The translations under genes were made by a program, and so were the position numbers. A model generated the notes under the pieces. The model saw nothing but the letters and a program-made list of their open reading frames with translations. It did no database searches and was not told the origin of the DNA. Below are positions 17,739 through 28,945 of a stretch of 64,000 nt of DNA, piece after piece. The DNA comes from an uncultured Planctomycetales bacterium (GTDB lineage Bacteria; Omnitrophota; Gorgyraeia; Gygaellales; Profunditerraquicolaceae). Each line of letters begins with the position of its first letter. Position 1 is the first letter of the stretch. The stretch spans positions 18,171 through 82,170 of the forward strand of contig CAZJFL010000008.1 of NCBI GenBank assembly GCA_964545575.1, given 5' to 3'.

Positions 17739-20700
17739 ATGATGTTAATGTTAATAGTTTCTATAGGTGTTGCTTCCTTGGGCCTTTTAGTCTACGGCCT
17801 CTGGCCAGCTGCTGCTTCGGGAAGAAAAAAAACAAGCAGGAGGCCGGCGGTCTGCCTTAAGCCTAATGTAGGGCTCCAGCAGCAGGATCCGCGCCTTAGG
17901 ATGCAGTCAGAGATAGAATCCTTAAAGAACAGCCTGGCGCAGGCAGAGGCGCAATTTAATCAGGCAAAAAAAGAAATGGAGCCATTACGGCAGAAGGAGT
18001 CAGAGTTAAAAGAAGCGCTCCAGAAGCGGGAAGAATGGTTTAAGAAAGAGGAACAGAGTATTGCCGCATTACAGGAGGAGAGGGTAAGACAGGATAAGGA
18101 GTTAAGAAATAAAGAAGACGAACTGGCCCAGGAGTTTACCAAGAATGTGGATTTAAAGCGGCAGGCAGAGCAGCTGAGGTTAAAATACGGCTCCCTGGAG
18201 GAGGAGGGTAAAGGTAAGACCGAGGAGATAGAAAAACTCAAGCATAAAGTAGCCGCCCGCGAGGAGGAGATCAAGAACCGTGAAGAAAAGATAAAGTCTT
18301 TAGATAAGATTATCGCAGGGATGAAGAAAAAAGAATCGGAAAGCGAATGGGTCTCCAAGCGCGATTTTAACAGCCTCAATGATGAATACACGAACTTAGA
18401 AAAAGAACTGGAGGAGAAGGAAGAAAAAATAAAGGAGAGAGAAGATAAGCTTAAGGAATTGGCAGAGCTAATACAGCAACTAAAAAGTCAGGCGCCTGAA
18501 AAAGCCGCAACCCCAGAAGTGCCCGTACCTCTGCCTCCGGCAGAAACCGCCATACTCCTGGAACAGCTTGTTCCGGAGGAACAACCCGTCCCGCAGGAAC
18601 AACCCGCAGTAGAAAAAAAAGAAGAAGCGCCCCCGGAAGAGGCTGTGGCAGAAACTGAAGAGGTAGCCAGAGAGCCGGAACCAAAGGCTCCCAGAGAACG
18701 CATTCAGCTTCCCGAGGTGCACTTGGAGAAGATGCGTAATATCGGAATTATGGCGCACATTGATGCCGGCAAGACCACCCTCACCGAAAGGATCCTCTAT
18801 TATACCGGGCGTACTTATAAACTGGGGGAGGTGCATGATGGTAAAGCCACCATGGACTGGATGAAACAGGAACAGGAGCGCGGTATTACCATTACCGCAG
18901 CCGCAACGACCTGTTTCTGGAAGGATTTCCGGATTAATATTATTGATACTCCCGGGCATGTGGATTTTACGGTAGAGGTGGAAAGAAGCCTGCGCGTCTT
19001 AGACGGGGCGGTGGCGGTATTTTGCGCCGTAGCCGGGGTGCAGCCGCAATCGGAGACCGTTTGGCGGCAGTCCAATAAATACGCAGTGCCCAAGATCGCC
19101 TTTGTAAATAAAATGGACCGCGTGGGAGCGAATTTCGCTAACGTCGTCAAGGGGATAGAAGAAAAACTACAGGCCCATCCGGTTCCGGTACAACTTCCCC
19201 TCCTCGTAGAGGAAAAGTTCAAAGGCATTATCGACCTGATCAATATGAAAGCTTACATGTTTGACGAAGAATCCCTGGGGAAGGAGTTTAGCGTCGAAGA
19301 AATTCCCGCCGATTATTCAGGGAAAGCTAAAGCCGCCCGGCACGAGATGATCGAGAGAGTCGCCCATTTTGACGATAACCTCATGAAAAAACACCTGGAG
19401 GCAGGCGATACTATCACGGCTGACGAAATAAATAATGCCATCAGAAATGCAACTTTGGCTAATCAGGCAGTGGCGGTTTTATGCGGCTCGGCTTTTAAGA
19501 ATAAGGGCGTGCAGCAGCTTCTGGATGCGGTAACCCTGTATCTACCTTCTCCTTTAGACGTGCCTGTGGAAAAAGGGACGAGCATAGACAATCCGGAAAA
19601 TTTTTTAAAAAGGCGCCCGGATATCAACGACCCCTTCTCTGCGCTGGCTTTTAAGATACAGGCAGACCCGCATATGGGAAAACTGGTGTATATCCGCATC
19701 TATTCCGGATACCTGGAAACCGGCTCTTACGTCTTAAACGCCACCAGAGATAAAAAAGAAAGAATCGGCAGGATAGTCAAGATGCACGCCGATCAGAAGG
19801 AGAACGTCGATTACGCCTATGCCGGAGAGATTGTGGGTTTAATCGGGCTCGGTCAGACAATTACCGGGGACACGCTTTGCGATGAGTCTAGCCCCATAAT
19901 CCTGGAAGCGATAAAATTTCCGGCGCCGGTAGTCTCTTTAAGCATTGTTCCCAAGACCCGCCAGGATCAGGATAAATTAGGCCGGGCTTTAGGCAGGCTG
20001 ACCGAAGAGGACCCTACTTTTATCGTGCAGACCGACGAAGAGACTAAAGAGACCCTGCTGACCGGGATGGGGGAGTTGCACCTGGAAATCATCGTAGACC
20101 GGCTTAAAGAGGAGTTTAAGGTGGACGCGATCGTCGGCCAGCCCAAGGTCGCCTATCGCGAAACGATTACTAAGATGGTAAGCGAAGAATACAAGCACAT
20201 AAAACAATCCGGAGGCCGCGGCCAGTATGCTCACGTGGTGATTGAGATGTTTCCTCAGGAAGCAGGCCATGGTTATGAGTTTGTGGATAACATCAAAGGC
20301 GGGGCGATCCCCAGAAACTTTATTCCCTCGGTAGAGAAGGGAATCCTGGCAGCGATGGAGAAGGGCCCTTATGCGGGATATCCGGTAGTGGATTTAAAAG
20401 TCAACCTGATCGACGGTTCTTATCATGAAGTAGATTCTTCGGATATCGCTTTTAAGATTGCGGCTATCGAATGTTTTAAAAGCGGTTTTCGTAAGGCCGA
20501 GCCGATTTTGCTTGAGCCGTATATGTCGCTAGAGGTGACGACACCCGAAGAATACGCTAATACCATTGTCGGTTATTTATGTTCTAGAAGAGGCAGGATC
20601 GTCAATATAGAGCCGCTAGGGCTTAACCAGAAAGTTATCATGTCTGAAGTGCCTTTATCCGAAATGTTCGGCTATACGACTAATTTAAGATCTTTAAGCA

Positions 20701-20810
20701 GCGGAAGGGCAAGCGGGATGATGGAGTTTAAGCGTTATCTTTCGGTGCCCAAAGAAATCACCGCGAAAATCCTTGAAGAGATAAGAAAAAAGAAGGAAGA
20801 AGAGAGGTGA
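17739..20810 (+). CDS. fusA: Elongation factor G with a roughly 325-aa N-terminal extension (TM helix, coiled coil, Pro/Glu-rich linker)
   Basis: From the internal [16 protein letters not shown] onward it is a full-length EF-G ([33 protein letters not shown]). The N-terminus has a TM helix ([17 protein letters not shown]), about 200 aa of heptad-rich E/K/R coiled coil, and a PEVPVPLPP.. linker. Confidence 0.8.
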   Translation: MMLMLIVSIGVASLGLLVYGLWPAAASGRKKTSRRPAVCLKPNVGLQQQDPRLRMQSEIESLKNSLAQAEAQFNQAKKEMEPLRQKESELKEALQKREEWFKKEEQSIAALQEERVRQDKELRNKEDELAQEFTKNVDLKRQAEQLRLKYGSLEEEGKGKTEEIEKLKHKVAAREEEIKNREEKIKSLDKIIAGMKKKESESEWVSKRDFNSLNDEYTNLEKELEEKEEKIKEREDKLKELAELIQQLKSQAPEKAATPEVPVPLPPAETAILLEQLVPEEQPVPQEQPAVEKKEEAPPEEAVAETEEVAREPEPKAPRERIQLPEVHLEKMRNIGIMAHIDAGKTTLTERILYYTGRTYKLGEVHDGKATMDWMKQEQERGITITAAATTCFWKDFRINIIDTPGHVDFTVEVERSLRVLDGAVAVFCAVAGVQPQSETVWRQSNKYAVPKIAFVNKMDRVGANFANVVKGIEEKLQAHPVPVQLPLLVEEKFKGIIDLINMKAYMFDEESLGKEFSVEEIPADYSGKAKAARHEMIERVAHFDDNLMKKHLEAGDTITADEINNAIRNATLANQAVAVLCGSAFKNKGVQQLLDAVTLYLPSPLDVPVEKGTSIDNPENFLKRRPDINDPFSALAFKIQADPHMGKLVYIRIYSGYLETGSYVLNATRDKKERIGRIVKMHADQKENVDYAYAGEIVGLIGLGQTITGDTLCDESSPIILEAIKFPAPVVSLSIVPKTRQDQDKLGRALGRLTEEDPTFIVQTDEETKETLLTGMGELHLEIIVDRLKEEFKVDAIVGQPKVAYRETITKMVSEEYKHIKQSGGRGQYAHVVIEMFPQEAGHGYEFVDNIKGGAIPRNFIPSVEKGILAAMEKGPYAGYPVVDLKVNLIDGSYHEVDSSDIAFKIAAIECFKSGFRKAEPILLEPYMSLEVTTPEEYANTIVGYLCSRRGRIVNIEPLGLNQKVIMSEVPLSEMFGYTTNLRSLSSGRASGMMEFKRYLSVPKEITAKILEEIRKKKEEER

Positions 20811-20853
20811 GCCATTAGTTAGTAGGTAGTAGTTAGGGGTTAGGAGGCGTAAG

Positions 20854-21330
20854 ATGGCTATGGGCGACATTTATTTAACCCGCCAAGGTTATGAAAAGTT
20901 AGCAAAAGATCTGGAGTATTTAAAAACTATCAAACGCAGAGAACTCTCCAAGGCGATAGGCGCTGCGCGCGCGCACGGAGATATCAGCGAAAATGCCGAA
21001 TACGATGCCGCCAAAGAAGCTCAAGGGTTAAACGAAAAGAGAATCGCGGAGCTCGAAGATAAACTGGCGCGCGGCAGGATTATTGATGACGAAGATATTC
21101 CTAAAGATGAGGTTTTGGTAGGCGCTACGGTTACGCTTTGCGATTTAGATACCAACGAGGAAATTAATTACACTTTGGTTTCGGAAGAAGAGGCGGATTA
21201 CACGCAGGGAAAAATCTCCCTCACCTCTCCCGTAGGCCATGCCCTTTTAGGGCATAAGGCAGGCTCGTTGGTAGAGATTAAGGTCCCGGCGGGGATTTTA
21301 AAATATAAGGTCATAAAAATAACCAGATAA
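20854..21330 (+). CDS. greA: Transcription elongation factor GreA
   Basis: N-terminal coiled coil with the acidic tip (RAHGDISENAEYDAAKE) and a C-terminal FKBP-like domain. 158 aa. Confidence 0.85.
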   Translation: MAMGDIYLTRQGYEKLAKDLEYLKTIKRRELSKAIGAARAHGDISENAEYDAAKEAQGLNEKRIAELEDKLARGRIIDDEDIPKDEVLVGATVTLCDLDTNEEINYTLVSEEEADYTQGKISLTSPVGHALLGHKAGSLVEIKVPAGILKYKVIKITR

Positions 21331-21332
21331 GA

Positions 21333-22172
21333 TTATTTTATCCGTTTTATATATCCGACAATTTCCTTTATCGTGGCATCCGGAGTTGACGCCCCGGCAG
21401 TAATTCCTACCGTTTCGACGTTTTTAAACCAACCTGGCCTGATTTCTTTTTTCGCATTCACCCAGTAACTGCGTTTATTTAAGCCTGCGGCTATTTCATA
21501 GAGCCTTTTGGTATTGGCGCTATTTTTTGAGCCGATAATAATCATTACGTCGTTTACGGAAGGCATCTTTTTTATTTCTTCCTGCTTCATCCGCGTAGGC
21601 CTGCAGACGGTATTGAAAAATTTCAGTTCTTTTATCAGGAATTTCAGCCTTTTTGATATCAAGAGCGCATTCTCGGTATTTTGGGTAGACTGTACCACTA
21701 TCGCGGCCCGGGGTATTTTTTCGATTGTTTTAAAAGGGATATTGCCGGGGCTGTCGATGACGACCGCCTTATTTTTAAGCTGACCGATGATCCCGTGCAC
21801 CTCATCATGTAATTTGTCCCCGATAATAATGATCTGATAGCCCTGGGCCTCCATATTTTTGGCAATTCTATGGATATCTTTTACCATCGGGCAGGTGGCA
21901 TCGATAATATTGTATCCGAGGCCTTTGGCTTTTTCGATGATCTGCCTGCCGGTGCCGTGGGCGCGGATTAAGAGGTTCCTGTTTTTGCCTCTGGCGAGCC
22001 GGTTAATTTTTATGATACCGGTTTTTTTCATCTCGTCTATGACCCGCTCATTATGCACGATATCACCCAGCATATAGACCGCAGCGCCGGATTTCGCTAT
22101 TCCAAAAGCGATATCCACCGCCCTTCTGACCCCGAAACAGAATCCCGCGGATTTAGCTAAATTTATTTTCAT
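21333..22172 (-). CDS. ispH: 4-hydroxy-3-methylbut-2-enyl diphosphate reductase
   Basis: MKINLAKSAGFCFGVRRAVDIA N-terminus plus the conserved Cys ligands of IspH/LytB. Confidence 0.85.
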   Translation of the reverse strand: MKINLAKSAGFCFGVRRAVDIAFGIAKSGAAVYMLGDIVHNERVIDEMKKTGIIKINRLARGKNRNLLIRAHGTGRQIIEKAKGLGYNIIDATCPMVKDIHRIAKNMEAQGYQIIIIGDKLHDEVHGIIGQLKNKAVVIDSPGNIPFKTIEKIPRAAIVVQSTQNTENALLISKRLKFLIKELKFFNTVCRPTRMKQEEIKKMPSVNDVMIIIGSKNSANTKRLYEIAAGLNKRSYWVNAKKEIRPGWFKNVETVGITAGASTPDATIKEIVGYIKRIK

Positions 22173-23209
22173 AGCTTTAGGATTTCCTGCGCATATTTTT
22201 CCAGGATTTTCTTATAGGGGCCGGATAGCCCTGAAGTCTTTAAAATAGCGCAGGCCTTTTGCATAAACCTTTTTATCTCATCCGCCGCATAATCTAATGC
22301 TCCGGACTTCTTGATAATCCGGCGTATTTTTAAGAGGTCGGATTTACCCGCCTTTTGTTTGGCCAGGGTGTTTTTTATGATCCGTTTATCTTGACTGCCA
22401 GAGGCATGATACGCCTGCCAGATGAGAATCGTTTTTTTGGCTTCTTTTAAATCCGCCAGGTCCGATTTTCCGGTTTGCCTCTGGCTGCTAAATATCCCTA
22501 AAATATCGTCTTTGATCTGAAAGGCCCTCCCCAGATACAGCCCGTACCTGGACAGCTTGTCGGTTTCTCTTTTTGCGGCGCCGGCGAGGGTTGCGCCGAT
22601 GGCCAGCGGAGAGGCAAAGGTATAGTGGGCGGTTTTTAAGTCGTATATTTTATAAATTTCCTCTTTTTTTATTTTATCTATATCCTTGAGGCCATAGAGG
22701 AGCTCGATGAATTCCCCGCTTCCGGTATAAAGAGCCGCAGAGATGAATTTCTTTAAAGCCCTTTCTTTGTCTTGAGGGTCGGCCTGGATGTCCAGGAACG
22801 CCCTGAGGCTCATGGCGTAGAGCACATCGCCTAAGACTATACTTAAGTCTTCGCCGCTAAACTTCCTTCTGCCGTATTTTTTAAGGTAGCGGTTCAATAA
22901 GACATGCAGCGCTGGCTTGCCCCTTCTGGTAGCGGATTTATCAATGATATCATCGTGCACCAGCATAAAGTCATGCAGCAGCTCCAGGGATAGGGCGCTA
23001 CGATATAGCCCCTTTGCGGCTTTTTTAGCAAAGCCGAGGTAACCGGCGATAAAAAGGAGAGGGCGGGCCCTTTTGCCCTTTCTTAAAATAAACTCCCTGA
23101 TGCTTTGGTATAGGAGGGGGGAGATTTTATTTAAGGAGTATTGTCTGTTGAGGTCGCCGATCAAGCAGGGGAGCTCTTTCTTTAATCTGTTTTTTATTTT
23201 ATTTAGCAC
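22169..23209 (-). CDS. Polyprenyl diphosphate synthase (trans-isoprenyl diphosphate synthase family)
   Basis: First DDxxD motif (LVHDDIIDKS) and second (FQIKDDILG). Start overlaps the ispH end. Confidence 0.8.
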   Translation of the reverse strand: MLNKIKNRLKKELPCLIGDLNRQYSLNKISPLLYQSIREFILRKGKRARPLLFIAGYLGFAKKAAKGLYRSALSLELLHDFMLVHDDIIDKSATRRGKPALHVLLNRYLKKYGRRKFSGEDLSIVLGDVLYAMSLRAFLDIQADPQDKERALKKFISAALYTGSGEFIELLYGLKDIDKIKKEEIYKIYDLKTAHYTFASPLAIGATLAGAAKRETDKLSRYGLYLGRAFQIKDDILGIFSSQRQTGKSDLADLKEAKKTILIWQAYHASGSQDKRIIKNTLAKQKAGKSDLLKIRRIIKKSGALDYAADEIKRFMQKACAILKTSGLSGPYKKILEKYAQEILKL

Positions 23210-23258
23210 GATTTTATGTTAACATATAGAGAATGTTTAGGCAAATAAAATATACGCC

Positions 23259-23993
23259 ATGCGTTACTTAATCATTACCGCGATAATTCTTTTTTTAGTG
23301 CTGGTTTTTTTGGGCGGGGTTTTTACCGTATTTTTCGACCAGGCGGTCCTGGTCAGAAAAGGCACAGTCTATCGGATTCCCGCCTCCCAGAAGGTGGTGG
23401 CGCTTACCTTTGATGACGGCCCCTCGCCTGTATGGACCCCCCGTATCTTAGATGAACTTAAGAGAGCAGGGGTAAAAGCGACATTTTTTATGTTAGGTAA
23501 ACACGTCGCAGAGTTTCCTGAAGTTGCCCGGCGCGTGGCTAGAGAAGGGCATGAGATTGAAAACCACAGTTTTACCCATCATGTTTTGCTTTATTATAAA
23601 ATGGATGAATTGGAAAAAGAAGTAAAGGATGCCGAAAAAATAATCAAGGACGTTACCGGAAAGACTACAAAATATTTCCGGCCACCGAAAGCCTGGGTTA
23701 CGCCGGAAGAAAAAATTAAACTGCAGGAAATGGGGTATCAGGTAATCCTTTGGTCGTTAAATTCAAAAGACTGGGTGACCTTTCACGACAAACAGATTCG
23801 TCATTATATCCTCTACAATATCAGGCCGGGAGACATAATCCTGTTCCATGACAGCGGAGGCGTCTTTACCACCGAAGGCGGAAGCCGTAAGCAGACGGTA
23901 AAGACGCTTGTCCCCCTGGTGCAGAAGCTAGAAGAACGGGGATATAAAATAGTCACGGTCGAAGAACTCTTAAAAACATATTCGGAAAAATAA
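23259..23993 (+). CDS. Polysaccharide deacetylase (NodB homology domain)
   Basis: TFDDGPSP...ATFFMLG...HEIENHSFTHH matches the NodB catalytic motifs. N-terminal TM anchor. Confidence 0.75.
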   Translation: MRYLIITAIILFLVLVFLGGVFTVFFDQAVLVRKGTVYRIPASQKVVALTFDDGPSPVWTPRILDELKRAGVKATFFMLGKHVAEFPEVARRVAREGHEIENHSFTHHVLLYYKMDELEKEVKDAEKIIKDVTGKTTKYFRPPKAWVTPEEKIKLQEMGYQVILWSLNSKDWVTFHDKQIRHYILYNIRPGDIILFHDSGGVFTTEGGSRKQTVKTLVPLVQKLEERGYKIVTVEELLKTYSEK

Positions 23994-25642
23994 TGATGAA
24001 GAATGAAACCTTAAAGAATATAATATTTTTGTTGCTGTTGTCATATCTATTTCTTATGTTCGGCAACGGCATCTTAAGCCTGACTAACCCCGATGAGGTT
24101 TTCTATGCCCAGACCGCTAAAGAGATGGTCCAGAAGAACAGCTGGATGACGCCGTATTTATTCGGCCAGCCGCAGTTTGAAAAACCGATACTGCTTTATT
24201 GGCTGATGCGGTCAGGCTTTTTAGTTTTCGGCATAAACAGTTTTTCCGCGCGCTTTTTCCCGGCATTATTTGCGATCCTGGGGGTAATCGCGGTTTATCT
24301 TTTAGCACTCATCGGTTTTAAAAATGAAAAGAAAGCATTTTTATCCGGGCTGATTGCGATGTCTTACGGTTTATATGTAGGGCTGGCGCACTCGGTCTTT
24401 ACCGATATGCTATTTTCGGTGCTCGTGCTTTTTTCGCTGGTTTCATTCTTTTGGGCATACAGCGAAAAAAAATACCGGCGCTTAGGTATATACTTGTTTT
24501 TTATCTTCTCGGGGCTGGCGGTTTTAGCCAAAGGGCCTTTGGGATTTTTAATTCCTTTTGCGGTGGTATCCGTATTTTTACTCTGGCACCGGGATATAAA
24601 GTTTGTTTTTTCTAAAGACTTCTTCTTCGGGGGAGTCATCTGCCTGGCCTTAGCCCTGCCCTGGTATATATTGATGGTTAAAAAATACGGCTCGGTGTTT
24701 ACCTACGAGTTCTTTTATAACGACCACTGGCGCAGAATCATTGAGGCCGAGCACCTTGCCAATGACACCTGGTATTTTTACCCGGTGGCTATGATCGGCT
24801 GCATGTTTCCCTGGAGCGTTTATGTTTTGGGAGGCCTGGCATATCTTTTTTTGCGGTTAAAACGGGCTACCTCGATGCTGCATCTGTTTCTAGCCGCCTG
24901 GATCATCGCGGTGTTATTAATTTTTCAGTTCGCGCACTCAAAGCTAGTGAGCTACATTTTTCCTTTATTTCCAGCCTTAAGCTTAATCACCGCCGATTTT
25001 ATTTACGATTTTAGCACGGGCGAAAATAAGCGGCCCCTGCGGACAGCCTCGCTGATTACCGGCTTTATCCTTTTTTGTATCCCGGCCGGCTTATTGGTCA
25101 GTTCACGGATATTTTCCGCTTACATCCCCTCCAAGGCGCCGCTTTACTTTTTGGCGCTTTTGCTGCTGTTTCTCGCCGGTTCATTTTTGATTTTTTCTCT
25201 TAGGGGTAAGTTTATTAAAAGTGTTTATACGCTGATGCTGGTAATTCCGCTGATTTTGCTTTTCCTGCCTTTTGTAGCGCAGGATGCCGAGCCGTATATT
25301 TCTTCCAAAGCCGCCTGCGATTATCTGCTGAAAAATTACGATGTCAAGGGCACGATACTGTGTTCCAAGTTTTTTGCCCGGGGGGTAAGATATTATACCG
25401 GCAGGGAGGTTGCGGTGATTGATATTAACGGTAAAAATTTCTTTAGCCCCCACCCCATACCATTCTTTAGTACCATGGAGGAGGTAAAGGTTTTCCTGCG
25501 CGGCCAGGGCCCGGTTTACGGGGTCTTAAAAAAATCTGCGCTGGTCAGAATCAAGGAATTGCCGGAAGAAGAATTTAGCTACAGAGTTTTAAAACTTATA
25601 GGCGACGAATATCTCGTCAAGATGGAGGTTAAGAATAGGTGA
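23993..25642 (+). CDS. GT39/ArnT-like glycosyltransferase (PMT_2 family, polyprenol-phosphate sugar dependent)
   Basis: First-loop motif NPDEVFYAQTAKEM...PYLFGQPQFEKPILLYWL and about 12 TM helices, as in the ArnT/PMT family. Confidence 0.7.
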   Translation: MMKNETLKNIIFLLLLSYLFLMFGNGILSLTNPDEVFYAQTAKEMVQKNSWMTPYLFGQPQFEKPILLYWLMRSGFLVFGINSFSARFFPALFAILGVIAVYLLALIGFKNEKKAFLSGLIAMSYGLYVGLAHSVFTDMLFSVLVLFSLVSFFWAYSEKKYRRLGIYLFFIFSGLAVLAKGPLGFLIPFAVVSVFLLWHRDIKFVFSKDFFFGGVICLALALPWYILMVKKYGSVFTYEFFYNDHWRRIIEAEHLANDTWYFYPVAMIGCMFPWSVYVLGGLAYLFLRLKRATSMLHLFLAAWIIAVLLIFQFAHSKLVSYIFPLFPALSLITADFIYDFSTGENKRPLRTASLITGFILFCIPAGLLVSSRIFSAYIPSKAPLYFLALLLLFLAGSFLIFSLRGKFIKSVYTLMLVIPLILLFLPFVAQDAEPYISSKAACDYLLKNYDVKGTILCSKFFARGVRYYTGREVAVIDINGKNFFSPHPIPFFSTMEEVKVFLRGQGPVYGVLKKSALVRIKELPEEEFSYRVLKLIGDEYLVKMEVKNR

Positions 25643-26019
25643 AAAAGAAAATTTATTACCACGATACCGATTGCGGCAAGGTGGTTTATTACGCCAATTA
25701 CTTGAAATACATGGAAGAGGCGCGCACCGAGTATCTGGCAGAGCGTGGCGTATCGATTAAGGACCTGGTTGAAAAGGGAGCCTATTTTGTGGTGGCGCAT
25801 CAGGAAATAGACTACAAGGCCCCGGCTTTTTACGGGGATATCCTGGAGGTAAGCACAAAAATTGCCTGCGTTTTCACCGTAAAAATAGAATACGAGCACG
25901 AAGTAAAAAATCAGCAGGGCCAGGCTATCTGTGTCGGCAAGGCAATCCTGGTTTGCGTGGATAATCAGATTAAACCTAAATCTATTCCGGAAGATATCCG
26001 CCAGAAGTTATCCCGATGA
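25639..26019 (+). CDS. Acyl-CoA thioesterase, YbgC/4HBT family
   Basis: YYHDTDCGKVVYYANYLKYMEEARTEYL hotdog-fold motif. GTG start overlaps the upstream stop (GTGA). Confidence 0.7.
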   Translation: MKKKIYYHDTDCGKVVYYANYLKYMEEARTEYLAERGVSIKDLVEKGAYFVVAHQEIDYKAPAFYGDILEVSTKIACVFTVKIEYEHEVKNQQGQAICVGKAILVCVDNQIKPKSIPEDIRQKLSR

Positions 26020-26264
26020 GGTCATTTTTTATTTTTAGCCGGGCCGGATGTTTCCTGCCGCTCTTAATCATCTTAAATTTATTTTTTGGCTGGCTGGTCT
26101 TTAAGCCGTTGGAATGGCTGGCAATAGGGGTAGCGTTGGTCTTGCTTTTTCTGCTTAATTCCCTTATCGCCGCTAGAAAAATATTATCCGGCGCACAGAG
26201 AGGCAACCGTAGCATAATAGATGTAGAGGGAGAAGTTTTAGAAGTGGAAAATAAGGATGAATAA
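26016..26264 (+). CDS. Hypothetical small membrane protein
   Basis: Two TM helices. No recognisable domain. Confidence 0.3.
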   Translation: MRSFFIFSRAGCFLPLLIILNLFFGWLVFKPLEWLAIGVALVLLFLLNSLIAARKILSGAQRGNRSIIDVEGEVLEVENKDE

Positions 26265-26763
26265 GGCAAAAAAAAGGAAAATCGCAGAAAAATTCCACAG
26301 GATTTTAAAATTCGCCTATATCAAGCTTTTCCGGATCAATGATTCGCCTTTAAAGATTGCCTTAGGGTTCGGGCTGGGCGTTTTTGCGGGAGTAATGCCG
26401 GGAATCGGGCCGGTGATTGCCCTGCTGCTTGCTTTTCTCTTCCGGGTAAACCGCGCCAGCGCTTTATTAGGATGTTTTCTTTTTAATACCTGGTTAGGCA
26501 TGATCATACTTTTATCCGCTGTTAAAACCGGATCGGCAGTAATGGGCCTGAATTACCAGGATGTCTATGCCGGCTGGAACCTGTTTCTAAAAAATTTTAA
26601 TTGGAAAAGCCTGCTGGAGCTATCGGCCTATAAAGTCCTGATCCCGATCGGAGCGGGATATCTAATTATTTCTTTGTCTCTAGGCATATTGATGACTGTG
26701 GTCGTCTTTGCAGTCGCACGCAGTATTAAAAATAAAAAGGCAGTATCTAAAAATAACGAATAG
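26257..26763 (+). CDS. DUF2062 family membrane protein
   Basis: GFGLGVFAGVMPGIGPVIALLLAFLFRVNRASALLG matches the DUF2062 core. Confidence 0.5.
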   Translation: MNKAKKRKIAEKFHRILKFAYIKLFRINDSPLKIALGFGLGVFAGVMPGIGPVIALLLAFLFRVNRASALLGCFLFNTWLGMIILLSAVKTGSAVMGLNYQDVYAGWNLFLKNFNWKSLLELSAYKVLIPIGAGYLIISLSLGILMTVVVFAVARSIKNKKAVSKNNE

Positions 26764-26772
26764 GAGGATAAG

Positions 26773-28875
26773 ATGGTGGGATTTGATCTCTTGCTGCTGG
26801 CGCCGGTGGGCTCTATCCTGGCAATTTCTTTTGCGGCCTACTTAGCTCTCTCTATCTTAAGAAAAGACCAGGGCAATGAGCGCATGCAGGAGATTGCCCG
26901 GGCAGTAAGGGTGGGGGCAAGGGCATATTTAAAAAGGCAGTACCTGGGCGTAGCTATATTTTTTATCGTAGTTTTCTTTATTTTATTAGCCTTAGCGCTA
27001 AAAAAATACCTGGTTATCTTTGTCCCCTTTGCCTTCCTGACCGGCGGCTTTTTTTCCGGCTTGTCCGGATTTATCGGGATGAGCATTGCCACCCAGTCTT
27101 CTAACCGCACCGCGGCAGCGGCAATGAAGAGTTTAAACTCCGGATTACGCGTGGCTTTTTCCAGCGGCGCAGTGATGGGCCTGACCGTGGTGGGATTAGG
27201 GCTGCTGGATTTAAGCATCTGGTATTATTTCTTGAACTGGTATTATTCCGCGCACCCTATTCTTATCGGTACGGATAAAATCACTGCGATTACTTCTACT
27301 ATGCTTTGTTTCGGCATGGGCGCTAGCTCTCAGGCATTATTTGCCAGAGTCGGCGGAGGCATCTTTACCAAAGCCGCGGACGTAGGAGCGGATTTAGTGG
27401 GTAAGGTAGAAGCCGGGATTCCCGAAGATGACCCGCGCAACCCCGCGGTGATCGCGGATAATGTCGGGGATAATGTCGGTGATGTCGCAGGCATGGGCGC
27501 CGACCTTTATGAATCTTATGTCGGCTCGATTGTAGCGACTTCTGCCTTGGGTGTGGCTGCCGGTTTAGGGGTGGCCGGCGTTACTGTGCCGATGGTGATG
27601 GCAGCGGTAGGAGTAATTGCTTCAATTATCGGCACCTTTTTTGTCAGAAGTAAAGAAGAGGCTACCCAGTCAGTTTTATTAGCGGCCCTGAGAAAAGGCG
27701 TCTTTGCTAGTTCAATACTAGTGGCTATAATTTCTTATTTTTTAGTCAGGTCTACCTTAGGCGTTCAGCACATGGGCGTCTACTGGTCGGTGCTGGCAGG
27801 ATTAGTTGCCGGCGTAATCATCGGCCTGGTGACGGAGTTTTACACCTCAAGCGGTTTTAAGCCCACACGTTCCATTGCCGACGCTTCTTTAACCGGCCCG
27901 GCTACGGTGATTATCGCAGGGATTGCCGTAGGGATGATGTCTACCGCCATACCGGTGATTGTAGTAGGTATGGCTATATTGGCGAGCTTTTTCTTATCTG
28001 GCGGAGCAGCAAATGTCAATGCCGGGCTTTACGGTATCGCCATTTCTGCGGTAGGCATGCTTTCTACCTTAGGGATAACTCTGGCTACGGATGCTTACGG
28101 GCCGGTAGCGGATAATGCCGGAGGCAATGCCCAGATGGCGAATTTACCCCCCGAGGTCAGAAAAAGGACCGATGCCCTGGATGCTTTGGGCAATACCACT
28201 GCTGCTACAGGCAAGGGTTTTGCCATTGGTTCCGCGGCATTAACCGCCCTGGCATTAATCGCTGCTTATAAGGATCAGGTCTCCTTATACGGCAAAGAAA
28301 TGAACTTAAGCCTGATGAACCCCAATGTACTGGTGGGATTATTTATCGGAGGGATGCTTCCCTTTTTCTTCTGTTCTATGACCATGCGCGCAGTAGGCCG
28401 GGCAGCAGGAAAAATTGTGGTCGAGGTGCGCCGGCAATTTAAGGAAATAGCCGGGATTATGGAGGGTAGAGCCTTGCCTGATTATGCGCGTTGCGTGACT
28501 ATCGCTACCGCAGCGGCGCAAAAAGAGATGATCGCGCCCTCACTGACGGCAATCATTGCGCCTATCGCGATAGGGCTGCTGATCGGCATTGATGCGGTGG
28601 CCGGGCTTCTCACCGGAGCTACGGTATCCGGTTTTGTCCTGGCAGTGATGATGGCTAATTCCGGCGGCGCCTGGGATAATGCCAAGAAGTATATCGAGGA
28701 GGGCCATTACGGAGGTAAAGGATCTTTTGCGCATAAGGCAGGGGTAGTCGGCGATACCGTAGGAGATCCCTTTAAAGATACCTCCGGCCCGAGCTTAAAC
28801 ATCCTGATTAAGCTGATGTCTATGGTTTCCATTGTTTTTGCCTCTTTCATCATCTCCAACACCCTCTTCAAATAA
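26773..28875 (+). CDS. hppA: Membrane-bound proton/sodium-translocating pyrophosphatase
   Basis: [22 protein letters not shown] and the multiple TM helices typical of V-type PPases. Confidence 0.9.
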   Translation: MVGFDLLLLAPVGSILAISFAAYLALSILRKDQGNERMQEIARAVRVGARAYLKRQYLGVAIFFIVVFFILLALALKKYLVIFVPFAFLTGGFFSGLSGFIGMSIATQSSNRTAAAAMKSLNSGLRVAFSSGAVMGLTVVGLGLLDLSIWYYFLNWYYSAHPILIGTDKITAITSTMLCFGMGASSQALFARVGGGIFTKAADVGADLVGKVEAGIPEDDPRNPAVIADNVGDNVGDVAGMGADLYESYVGSIVATSALGVAAGLGVAGVTVPMVMAAVGVIASIIGTFFVRSKEEATQSVLLAALRKGVFASSILVAIISYFLVRSTLGVQHMGVYWSVLAGLVAGVIIGLVTEFYTSSGFKPTRSIADASLTGPATVIIAGIAVGMMSTAIPVIVVGMAILASFFLSGGAANVNAGLYGIAISAVGMLSTLGITLATDAYGPVADNAGGNAQMANLPPEVRKRTDALDALGNTTAATGKGFAIGSAALTALALIAAYKDQVSLYGKEMNLSLMNPNVLVGLFIGGMLPFFFCSMTMRAVGRAAGKIVVEVRRQFKEIAGIMEGRALPDYARCVTIATAAAQKEMIAPSLTAIIAPIAIGLLIGIDAVAGLLTGATVSGFVLAVMMANSGGAWDNAKKYIEEGHYGGKGSFAHKAGVVGDTVGDPFKDTSGPSLNILIKLMSMVSIVFASFIISNTLFK

Positions 28876-28932
28876 GGGACAGTTCTTATCCTAATCGAGG
28901 GACGTTTCTTCAGTTAATCGGAGAAGTGTCCC
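28876..28932. repeat. REP-like palindromic units (GGGACRYTTCTY family), left flank of RAYT
   Basis: GGGACAGTTCTTA and GGGACGTTTCTT in one orientation, and GAGAAGTGTCCC in the opposite orientation. Confidence 0.6.
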
Positions 28933-28945
28933 TTTATAATTATAG

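Noticed and set aside
17739-18720. EF-G extension indicating a Tet(M)/Tet(O)-type ribosomal protection protein or a separate coiled-coil gene
   Set aside because: Domain IV loop motifs ([16 protein letters not shown]) are those of bona fide EF-G rather than of protection proteins. No stop codon separates the extension from EF-G in this sequence.
18451-18959. Minus-strand ORFs inside the EF-G gene and similar antisense ORFs inside hppA (28339..28734), pilQ (50683..51822) and elsewhere
   Set aside because: They lie entirely antisense to strongly supported conserved genes and have low-complexity composition. They are typical shadow ORFs.
20811-20853. Stop-codon-dense spacer TAGTTAGTAGGTAGTAGTTAGGGGTTAGGAGG after fusA as a functional element
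   Set aside because: It is most simply a multi-frame translation-stop spacer plus the greA RBS. No secondary structure or repeat was found elsewhere.
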